From Diploschistes diacapsis (Eukaryota): a stretch of DNA of 35,368 bases. Below the pieces are notes generated by a model. That model ran no database searches and was not told where the DNA came from. It worked only from the letters and a program-made list of their open reading frames with translations. The stretch lies in NCBI GenBank assembly GCA_023645945.1, contig JALAIB010000075.1:1-35368 (forward strand), in the 5' to 3' direction. The position numbers were made by a program, and so were the translations under genes. Of the stretch, positions 20,901-31,200 are shown piece after piece. Numbering within the stretch: the first letter of the stretch is position 1; the number at the start of each line of letters is the position of its first letter.

Positions 20901-22942
20901 ATGGCCGTGACCCGCGGCTCAAAGAAGCGTCAGACGCACCTTACCTTCCACCCCCTACCCACAAGCTCACCGCAAGCCTCACAACTTTCTGAGACGGTCC
21001 GTAGCAGAGCTGCAGCCGTGTCATTTCGGGGGGCTTCGCCATCAAAGAAGCAGATCATCGAGTGTGCAGGTTCATCGAACAGTTCCCCGCTCGGTGCTTT
21101 ACGGAAGAGAAAGAGTCCACAAGAAGCAGTGATTACCCTGCCTACTCCCCAGCCAACTTCGGATGTCTCGGAGGAAGATGATACAGGTATTGAACCCAGC
21201 TTTCCCAAACCGCCCTCCAGTGCTGTCTGTCTAAGATGATTGTTTTCTATATCATTGTGTTGGGAGAAAGGTGCGCGACCATCCTCAAAACTAGTTGATA
21301 GTTCTGTGGATGACCAGAGAGTCATAATACGCATCATTATCCAGATGCGCTTACGAACGACAACATGCACCTAGCATAGAGTGCTGCAGCTAACTTGTAG
21401 TTAGCAAGGCCACTTCGCTCCAGGAGGCGACCAGTCACTATCATAGATCTATCAGATGATAGTGATGTTGCTGTTGATCTGCGGCACACTCCTTCAAAAA
21501 GACGCTTCGTCGGTCGAAGGGCGGTGCCGGTTTCCGATGACGAAAGCGGTCGAGCGAGCGAGCAGGAAGTAGCAGAGCGTAAGAGCGGCTCTGCCGCCGA
21601 AGCTGACTTAGGCCAAGACGGAAGTGTGTCAGAGGACGAAGAAGATGTGAGGCCCCCTGTGAGCAGAAGAGTAATTCGAAGCCGCCCTTCTGCTACCCGA
21701 GAACCCCACTTCGAGTCAGGAGAGGATGAAGAAGATATTGAATCATCCCTTAGCCGGAGTGCTCGTGCACGCCGTCCGGTTTCCGTACAACAGGCAGCCG
21801 TAGAGCCAGATGAGACAAGGGAGTTGGCAGAAGACGTTGATGATTTAGAGAGTAACGGTGAGCTGTCTCAGTCACTATACACTGTGATATACCAATCTTA
21901 CATGAACAGTTCTCCAAGAGACTCGAACAAGAGGAACCTTTGCATCCAATCGCCGCATTAACCAGCAGAACCAACTTCAGCTACTGAAGGCCCGTCGTGA
22001 AGCGAAACAGCGTGGTGAAGGTGCGCAGCTACTAGAGACGCTAGAGGCTGAACCCGTTGAAGAAGATGCACGCAATCCCTTCGTCCGCGACGAGTACGAC
22101 GAGGAGTTCCTTTCAGACGATGATGATCTTGGAAGTAACGATGGAGACCTTCAGGCTATGCTTCCAATGTATTCGATATCAAGTCCGGAAGAGGCTTTTG
22201 AACTAGTTGTAGAGTGGCTTGTTCACAAGCGACTAGCTCCAGGTTTCGATGCAGGTGCTGAAAAGTACAGAATGGCCCTACGAAAGCTGGATGATCAAGC
22301 TTCAACTTTTGGAGCGTCAAAGTTTTCATCCTCGGCCTGGCGACCTGATTTTTACCGGGCCCTGAACGCTAGACCGTACCTCAAGGATACGTGCAAAGTT
22401 GTCTCGTACACGGACGGTTGCCAGGCATGCGGACGTTCGAGCCATCCAGCTACTTGGCGTGTAGGATTCACTGGACCCGTATACAATAGAAGTACCCTGG
22501 AGGTGATGGAAGATGAAGATGAAGCGTCCCAAAACTATGACATTGATGGCAATCCCATCGTTGGTGAAGAACATCAGTTCTCCCTTGGCAAGTAGGTCAT
22601 ATGATATGCATCTCTCCCAGAAACCAGCTTACCGTTAGACCTAGAGACTGTAGGAACAATGCAGTATACGCACATTCCTTCAAGCACTGGCGTTATCGTC
22701 TAAATGCCAAGGTCCTGGAGTATCTTGCGAATGAGGGCCACCTCGAGACGGCAAAGGTCGCAACGCGAGAGAAGTGGAATGACGAGCGACGTGCAACACT
22801 CGTCGAGACTATAATGGAGGCGATGAAAGCAGATCAGAGCATGGACGAACTATGGGTCGGATACAGGGACGCGATCGAGCAGGCTGAAGGCGCCAGAATG
22901 GTACGTATGAGAAGCCAAGAAGGTTACGAGGATGAAAGCTAA
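20901..22942 (+). CDS. DUF4211 (CCDC82-like) domain protein (4 exons)
   Basis: Introns 21187-21404, 21858-21909 and 22592-22644. Basic/acidic disordered N-terminus; C-terminal SSSAWRPDFYRALNARP...CQACGRSSHPA...LGKDC...HSFKHWRY. Confidence 0.85.
21230..21368 (+). ncRNA. Candidate intronic H/ACA snoRNA
   Basis: Lies inside a 218-nt intron (most others here are 45-72 nt). Hairpin, then H box AAACTA (21288-21293), then hairpin (gttg/caac, gttc/gaac, atgac/gtcat, cgcatc/gatgcg), then ACA (21363-21365), ~25 nt before the branch point GCTAAC. Confidence 0.45.
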
Positions 22943-23299
22943 AAGATAGTTCTAGCCAGGGTCTGTACATTGATCCGGCGGCGAGTGGTCTGCTTAAACC
23001 ACATGTCAAGTTTTGACGACCGAATTGGTACCCGAGCTCTCTTCGTGATGCTGTATACTTGGAGCATTTTTTGGTATGTTTGCAACCTTGCGTATTACTA
23101 TTTCGATACAGGAGGCGTAGGAACTGGAGTCCCTCGGCCCACCTGCAAGCATGGCACGACTCGTGAGCACCGCAACCTCTCCTTGAGCAGCACGTCCTAG
23201 CCGTAGTCCGGGCAACGCACTGCAATACACACGTGGATATTGTTGCTCAGCAGAAACCAACCTAGTGAAATCAAAAATGCCGAAATCTCGGTCAGATTA

Positions 23300-25113
23300 A
23301 GTGGAAGTTGATGTAAAGCGTTGTCATGGCATACAATACCATGCCTACGTGTAGTACAGAATACACTTAGTTCACAGCTCTCGAGCTGAGACGTGCCATC
23401 GATTGGCTGGGAGGTCTCTCGTGTTGCGCGTACTTGATGCACTTCATGCGTTGCACCAATGTTGCAGTATCACATTCACGCTCAATGGGGACGACATCGC
23501 CATCGCCCCATTCGAAGCTAAGGTTCTAGCCCAGGCAGACACGCTAAAGCTTGCCCCAATCTAGGTACCTCGTGTTCACCACGTGGTAGTTCACCTTGCC
23601 TTATTTATCCTACGGTCTTTGCTGAGAGTCGCCGTTCCTGCCAAGGGAAAGGTGGTGAAGCATTTGACCGTTGATAGCCCACCCGTAGCCTGCCTCGGGG
23701 TTCTGAGCTTGCCTTACGTGCTTGCTACTATATGCTGCAAGCAGCGACCTTCAAGCGCTGTGTTGCGAATGGAGTGGTATCCTTAGACAACGCATCCCTT
23801 GGACCGTCCAACCTCCCCATGCTCAAAATCGGCAATGCATGTTTTGGGACAGAACGGCCCGGCATCCGGCATGCAAAGACATAGCGATGCTAATAATGTC
23901 CCGGAAGACCTAGTCCAGGACAAGTATAGAATTTCTCTATTTTGGGCAGTAAAACTGTTGTTAGCCACAACGGGTTGAGCGATATAGTAAGATGGGGTGT
24001 ATAGTAAGATGGGGTGATGTGCTCATCCAGGCAGGTACTAAGACTACGTTATACTGCGACTCGCACAACAAACACTACCACCACAATCAATCCCTGCACC
24101 AACATCATTGGGATGTTGTCGCTATCATCATGTTGTTTATTACGAGCTAAAACATCTGGGGAAGATGCGGACTGAGACTTACCTTCTAAAACTGTCTGAA
24201 CTCGCCTTGAAAACCGCATGAGCGAATTAGTCGCTGGACTAGCGGAAAGATTGAGTCACACTGTGCTCCTTTATGCTTGGAAAGCAAGCAATTAAGCATG
24301 TCATGAAGCCTCCCGCAAGACCATCGGAACCCTATTTTTACTTCTTACGGCGTGCCAGAGCTACCGCAAACGCCAGCGGATCTATCTATCACTTTGCATT
24401 ACCATGTCTCATATCCAAATCTTGCTTCTATGGCACCCGCCCCGTTCTCGGAATGCCGTCGGAAGACGGGTCACGGTGGAGCAATGCTGCAATCCGACGG
24501 TGAGAGCACGTTAATCCTCGATGTTGCTGTTAGCCAGACACGGTTGGAGCAGTGAAGGGGTCCTACTTTGTTCTAGTTTCAGAAGAGTAAGGCTGCTTGA
24601 CAGGGACGGTGCCTTTGCAGCATCGACAACACCCTTATCTTGGTGCATGCCGATATCTAAAAGAGTTAGAATAGCGTAAGGGGCGTGGACACGACACGAG
24701 CGTTCTTCGACAGCTCGTGTGTGGGCTGCAGGTGGATCCCCAGGTTTCGAATCTGAGGCGGCATCGATCACCTTTGTTCGGGATTATAGCGGAAGGCAGT
24801 ATAATGGGCGCACGTGAGACACCAGTTTCGGCACAGACAGTTCAAGAAGCGAGTGCGTTGGCAGAGTAGCAAGATGATACTGCACAGTGCGCCCATGGCC
24901 AGTCTGGCAACAGTATGCACAAGGCATCATGATGCTATAAAGGAGAGCCGCTCCTGGATGAGTTCCGCCGCTTGGAACGTAATACGGGTCTGATAGAGGC
25001 TTGCACGGGGTAGCTAGGTTACGAGGGTTCCCCGTTTCAAGTCATGGGTCAGGAACCCGCCTGAAAACGTATGGGGACTGGTTGAAGAAAATCAGGGCCG
25101 TAACTTGCAGTCA
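23300..25113 (+). ncRNA. Candidate long structured ncRNA, possibly telomerase RNA (boundaries approximate)
   Basis: No credible CDS. Many nested helices depend on G-U pairs on the + strand (23606-23676, 24518-24626, 24694-24720, 24804-24896, 24998-25043). Also a template-like segment at 23675-23690, a P6.1-like hairpin at 24742-24754 and GTAAGT at 25114. Folded by eye only. Confidence 0.3.
23983..24016. repeat. Perfect 17-bp tandem duplication (TATAGTAAGATGGGGTG)2
   Basis: Two identical adjacent copies at 23983-23999 and 24000-24016. Confidence 0.9.
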
Positions 25114-26712
25114 GTAAGTACAACTATGCTTTCTCCTTTCCGGCACATGTGAAGTTCTCAAACGAGGCAAAATGGATGTGGATAAAAATAGTTGCTTGAC
25201 CCCTGTTCTGTTTCTTCTGTTTCTGCGGTTTGACCTCTACCGTATCTGCCAAGACGTGTAGCTCACAAAATAGTTCCCATAACAATTTTGTCTGCATCTA
25301 TATAGATCGAACCTGGCATCTTTCCTGGTCTTTCCTACACACCACTGGCAAATAGAGTCATTTGTTTCATCTGTCAAACTCCCGTAATTTATTTATGGAA
25401 TAGCCTTTTCTGTAATCCTCCGCAGCTTTAAAATCAGCTTCTCCCCTGTCTGTCTGTCTGTCAGTCAGATCCCTAACACAGCCATTGGTGGGTTCTGATA
25501 CCCAACGATGTTGCAATAACTCTCGGGGCAGCAGAATATTGATGATGGTGGCGGAATACGAGCCTGCTAGTATCGTGCAACCGGCCCGCTTTGGCACGAT
25601 CTTGATCGCAATCGCGTTATCTTCCCCAGCATTCGTGAGCTTTGCGATACGAAGGGAAAGAAAGAGGGATGGATTTACACTATTACATACTGCTACTCAA
25701 TCCACTTATGTGCAACAGTACCACAACGACAGCATTCAAGGCTAGATACGCTTTGCACAAGTAGTTTCTCTAGACATCTCACCGTTTTACATCTATGGAG
25801 TCCTCCCAGGGTAATTGTACTACTGCGGTGAAATACCAGTAGATGGCATTTTCTAACCTATATCCAGAATGTGCTGAATAATCTTACATCCTCAGGTGAT
25901 GGGGGTCCGACTGGATCTCGAAATAGATTGTGACAGGGGAACGCAGGGCACGGGGGATGGTCTACGCTGTAAACCCACGTGGTCAAGAACAATCCAGGTG
26001 CTGTTCAATCCTTATAGATGTCTGTCACGATTTGTAGTTTGCAGATCCATGATCGAGTACGAACTGCCCCTGGTCTGACCTTTGTCAAATCAGTGCCCCA
26101 AGAAACGGGTTTTGCATCAGGGGCTCCCAGCAAGGCATTGTGAGGTAGTTTTCCGGACTCTGTTTCTGTCCCAACACTCCTTCCGTAGCTATCCTGGGAT
26201 AGGTATGGACGTTATCACCCTCACCAGATATCGAAAGTTGCTGCGAACCCATGGGGATCTGGCCCGGGGGTTTCTGTGCCTCTGCGGCATGAATATAGAA
26301 CATACACTGTATTAGCAGCAGATTGGATCCAAGGATTTCCCTATCCGGCCACCTGAGACATGTCACTGTCCCCAGCCTTGACCACCTCCGGATAACACCA
26401 GCTTGTTGACCACGCTGGTCCTTCCCGGAGCGGCGTGGTGCCTTGTGAATAGCTGGGACAACCTGGAACCGGGAACTGCATATTAATAGAAAAGGTGATA
26501 GCAACGTGTTTGTGGCGTTTTGTCCCTTGCTCTGATGCGCCTTGAAGATGGTATAAAAGCCGGTCCTGCTGTTTGAAATTCAATCTCTCACTATTGCTTC
26601 AACTAAATATCTGGAGTCTGCCACGCGACGTCCGGCGTGCGGTGCCCAATAATATTTGATTTAGAAACGACATTAGAGCGAATCGAACCATTTACGCATT
26701 TGGCAGATAGCA

Positions 26713-27274
26713 ATGGCAACCGAAGACCGATCCGTTAGATTTGCGCAGTAAGTTGGCCAACCCTGATCCCAGCTCCTGTAGAATACATCGCCGGGCCGAG
26801 CTTTCGGTCCGGGAGGGTTCCGTCAAGGTTCGGCCCGACACAACCCGCCAGGCCACTCAGTCACCTTACTACGGGTCAACGTTTCATTGAGCATGTATGT
26901 ACGCCTACTAAATCGGAGCTCTTAGAGAATCTAGCCGGCGCCAAAGCCAGCTCGAAGCCTCGCCGAACGCTACCGCAGCACAGCAGATCACCAGCACCAC
27001 GGCCAACAATAGAAACAGGCATACAAGCACTGCCCAGCACGGCAACCCCTCTCGTACCACTTCTTCCGCCTCTCGACAGAGACCCCATGCGACAAGCGTG
27101 ACTGCCGGTTCACTTGCTCGGCACGAAAACCAAGCCGGCTCCAGTTCCCAGCTACAACGCTATCAAACTCGAAACAGTACGCACGAGCTACAGGCCTTGG
27201 GCATACCGTACAGGCGCCGTGACACTGCCGAGTATCTAGACAACGTCGAGGCTCGCATCAACGGGCGGCGCTAG
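26713..27274 (+). CDS. Probable small spliced orphan gene (Ser/Thr/Gln/Arg-rich), exon structure uncertain
   Basis: TATAAAA at 26552, gcaATGG at 26713 and a GTAAGT donor at 26748. A 120-codon stop-free frame at 26912-27274 ends ...RRRDTAEYLDNVEARINGRR*. Confidence 0.4.
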
Positions 27275-27895
27275 CGAACGTTGGAGAAAGGGGCAAGCAC
27301 ACTTTTGCCTACTCGGCACAGTTGCTTCCTGGGCTAGCCTGCTCTGGTCTTACTGCGTCAACATTGTTGATGACGCCTGCAGGCTGAGGATACAGTTACT
27401 AGGAGCGTCCTAGATATGATTTTATGGTGTTTGAGAATAGCCTCACGGGCTCTTGTACGGTTTTCATGATGGTACGATAGATCAGAGGGAAATGATATGA
27501 AATGTTCGATTAAGGCTTCGTGACCCTTCAGCGAGGGATATGGCCGTACACATTGTTAGCCTAAGAACCGCTTTGGCACCGAGGAGCGACTTCGAAACTA
27601 CACGTGATACAAAAAGCAAAAACTGAATTGGACAACTAGATTAAAGCCCCCAAGAAGGCCCGTGCGCACACAACGGTTGAGCAACCGAGCCCCAAAAAAA
27701 TTTACTCCGTCCCGACTGCATACATAACTATTTTCAACTCGCGCAATAAAGTGGGACGGCCAGAACTCCATGCAGCACAGGCTGATTCCCACGTAGCGCC
27801 ATTCATCTCGAACCCCTTCTCGAAACACTCCATTTCGCAATGCTGGCCTCTCCTCCCTCGTCTCCCATCTAGCCAACCCCTCCCCGTCTCGAACC

Positions 27896-28632
27896 ATGGC
27901 CCTACCGTCCTTTGTCCTCCCCGGCACCCGTCTCGGCCCTGCCTCCTCCTTCGTCCCCGGCTCCGGCACGCACGTCCACGAGTCCTCCATCGTTGCCTCG
28001 ATAAAGGGCAAACCTCTCTCGGTGCCTTCCAGCTCCACCTCATCGACGAAGCCCACCCTCTCCATAGCCACCCCGTCCGCCACCGCCCCGACGCACAACC
28101 CCCTGCCTTCTCGCAGCGTGGCTCGCGGTAACCGGCTCCCGTCTGTCAGCGCCATCGTGCTCGCGAGGGTAACGCGGCTGCAGCAGCGGCAGGCCAGCGT
28201 TGCGATCCTGGTCGTCGACGACGAGGTATGCGCGGACGCCTTCGCCGGCGTCGTGAGGCGGGAGGATGTCAGGGGGTGGGAGGTGGACAAGCTCAAGGTG
28301 GAGGACATGTTCCGCGTCGGCGACGTGGTGAGGGCCGTTGTGGTAAGTCCTTTTCATCCCGAAGCCCCTCCCCTCTTGCCCCCGGCCGTTGCGGGACGGC
28401 TTTCGGCTTCTAAAAAGCACAAGCGCTGAGCTTTTGCCCCTACCTTCGGGGCTCGATCCAGATCTCGCTGGGCGACCAGGCTTCGTACTATCTCAGCACT
28501 GCCAGGAACGACCTCGGCGTGCTGCTGGCCACGAGCGAGGACGGGAACCGGATGTATCCGGTCAGCTGGAAAGAGTTTAGGGATCCGCTTACGGGGAAGC
28601 ATGAGGCTAGGAAGGTCGCAAAGCCGATTTGA
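27896..28632 (+). CDS. CSL4: Exosome complex cap subunit Csl4
   Basis: Intron 28343-28461. Motifs VLPGTRLG...PGSGT, S1 domain (VLARVTRL...FAGVVRREDVRGWEVDKLKVEDMFRVGDVVRAVV|ISLGDQASYYLSTARNDLGV) and terminal MYPVSW...EARKVAKP. Confidence 0.95.
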
Positions 28633-29684
28633 ACGGACTGGTCCGCGTCAAGCTTGTGCAGGCTGTCCTCGAAGGGACTTCCAAGGGGTTACTTCACAAG
28701 CGAGAGAGGCTCGCAGTTTAGGTGAGTGATATCTTCCCAACGTAGAGCCCGCAGCGGCTCACCCTGTCAGGTTAAACGTGGGTAGAGTACAATCGACGAA
28801 ATTGCTAATCATTTTGGGGAATCTCCTTTCCGTCTCCTCCAAGTCAAAGTCGTGCCTTTCAAATTGCGGTTCATCTGCTTATACTTCCAACCCCTTCATT
28901 GTATCACATGGTTTGACTTTACCCGTGTCGGACTGTGCTCGTCATTGAAGGCAGAGCTATTTCTTCGGCCTCACATCAAGACAACTGCCAAGCGCAGGGT
29001 CTCTTTACAATTTGCAGTGGAAGGGATTGGCGAGCGCCGGAGAGAAAATACAAATACCGGGCGATTGTCGTTTAGCTTTCCCAAAAGGTCGGCAACAACG
29101 GTTTGAGCATTGTATAGTAATCTCCGTTATCATTGGTACTATGGGCAATGAAACTAGCCAGCATGGTGAGCTTAAGTATTCCCAAAAGTACACCCTTGAA
29201 AATGCTCCGCGATCATAATACATCTCACTTCCCCATAGTATCCACCATCGATTCCAACAGAGCTACTCCAATTTTCTTCGCTGAAACCAGCATGATTTTT
29301 GTCCGTTCAACACTCTAGAGGCGAAGATATAGCGCGTTGGGCCATCTTATACTCGTCACCTAAGTTTCTAGAGTATGTTACTCATTCCCCAACAAGCCTC
29401 GGAATGGCTTCCACAAATTTATAGCTCATTAGTAAAGATTTGCGTATATAAGCATAAACATTGGACCGGGTTGACATCATAGGGCCTTGGTTGAGCGGTA
29501 GAAGAATGCTTACTAGGTTTTTCATCTTCTTCTCCCGAGGTGACACTCCCTCCCAGTTGAAGAAACAACACCCCTGGTTGATGCACAAAACTCCAACTTC
29601 GGTCCTAAAGTACGACAGTGGATCGCCATCCGCAAAACGAAGCCTTTCGTACACACAACCCCGCCCGATACAAATCTTGGAAGG

Positions 29685-30887
29685 TCAGCTCGGGAGAACT
29701 ACGTCCTTCGAGCCTTGCAATGACCGACAACAACCGTAGCACAGCGTCTGTGATTCTCCACTTGCTTCAGGACGAGTCATCCGTTGGTTCCCTTCCCAGT
29801 TCTCTGTGCCCATTGAGCCTTTTGGCGCTGGCAGGCCGCACATTGCACAACGTTCAGAGCTACCAGGTATATCTGACGGCTGAAGCTTACTCCCTGTTCT
29901 TACGACATTAGAAATTATGCTCGGATAGTTCTGTTCGACGGACTCAAAGTAAAGAGTCATCAACTCATCAATGGAAGAGTTTCTGGAAGAAACAATAGGT
30001 TTGCGTTTAGCCGTATCGTTGCATATAAATGTCTTGAGCGAAGGCTCCAGCAGGTCTGCAAATAGTTCCAGCTCCTTCCGTAAGATATCACGCAGGGGGT
30101 ACATAAAGACCACGCCGTGGGGCGAAGAAGTGCTATTTATTTGCCAGGGCAATGAAAAACCTCTTCCCTTTGCAGTTTCGGCAAGCGTCTTCTCGGCGAG
30201 ACGAGTAGTAGAATCGCCCCAAAAAATGGCCTCACAGCCAAAGCTTTTAGCTTTGTGGACAGCTAACCGAATCCTAAGGATGCTCATAACGTCTTCGACA
30301 GAAGAAGCAGATGGCAACCCCAACAGGCAGTTTCGCAAGCGATTGGCTGGTTCCAGCTGACTTGATACTTGAGGCAGAACGCCTAGGAGGGCTTTGTCGT
30401 CCTCTCCGTCCTCTCTCGGTGGGAAGATGTCCTCTAGGCGTGCAACATGGTAAGAATGCTTCGGGTATATAACTTGCAGATGGTTCAGCTCTTTGCCTGG
30501 CAATGCCCTTCCATGGAGACTCGATTCGTCAATATGTAATACATCAACTTCGTAGGCCTGATGACCTATCCTCTCTAGCTGTCTTGTAACATGTTCATGT
30601 AGAAGGTGAAGAAGAACAAGTGATGACGACCCAAAGGACAAGAGAAGAAGTATTCTGCGACGTTGATTCTTCTGGAAGTTGCGGAACTTGAAATCGCCCA
30701 TATGTTTCGTAGTTTTTACGTACACAAAGCTCAAAATGCACTCACTAGTGTTATAAGAAAAGCTTCCAGATCAAGCAAAGCATCCTTACCGGCATAAAAA
30801 TTGATTCCGCACTTTTCGAGTTAGCTCCTCTTGCTGGCATTTTGCGCAAGAGGAGATGCGAGTTTGGAATCCGTGAGGACTCTCCAT
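29685..30887 (-). CDS. NCS2: Cytoplasmic tRNA 2-thiolation protein 2 (Ncs2/Ctu2)
   Basis: ATG at 30887 and intron 30745-30789. N-terminal CAKC...LCRECI, degenerate PP-loop LSFGSSSLVLL, WGDSTTRLAEKTLAETAKGRG, YPLRD, YPSIISNVVRTGSKL, CAMCG and LCYGC. Confidence 0.93.
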
Positions 30888-31200
30888 GTTAAATGGATTC
30901 ACAGAAACAAGCCAGAGAGATAATGTTATAACGAGAAAATGTAGTTACGACGAGAACGTCGCATAATATCATTTAGGGGTGGGTGGTCGGAGGAATGGTT
31001 ATTCCGGACAGTATCTGTACACCAAAAAAGTTCAGCCTCGCCGCAGGTCCCAGAGTGAAATCGTGTCTGAATTTCGGCTACATGGTCTGGTTTCTGGCAA
31101 CCAGGAGTTTCTCTGAATCTACCTTCTCCTGATATGTCAATAAATAGAGTACCTTGAGCCGAGCTCACGGTTTTCTTTAAATAGCGCCATATACGACGAT

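Noticed and set aside
23066..23079. ATTTTTTG|GTATGT, resembling the Sm site plus 5' splice site of fission-yeast telomerase RNA
   Set aside because: Only ~120 nt after the DUF4211 stop and upstream of the structured region, so the wrong position for that RNA's 3' end; probably 3' UTR chance.
23983..24016. 17-bp duplication as a telomerase template or CRISPR-like repeat
   Set aside because: Two full adjacent copies with no spacer; too long for a template; simple slippage suffices.
24177..24184. ACTTACCT as a U1 snRNA 5' end
   Set aside because: No U1 stem-loops or Sm site follow; it is equally the complement of a splice donor.
25896..26504. Short ORFs on both strands (60-139 aa)
   Set aside because: No motifs and no consistent splice structure.
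27598..28308. 236-aa - strand ORF
   Set aside because: Antisense shadow of the GC-rich CSL4 gene.
28970..29200. - strand fragment LLYNAQTVVADLLGKLNDNRPVFVF...CKETLRL, faintly like SesB/DUF676 hydrolases
   Set aside because: The GxSxG/AHSLGG core is missing, the spacing is wrong and the flanks are full of stops.
4837..30887. Concentration of RNA-metabolism genes (CWC23, DCP2, CSL4, NCS2) as a functional cluster
   Set aside because: Different pathways, interspersed with unrelated genes, and no shared motif seen; ordinary housekeeping gene order.
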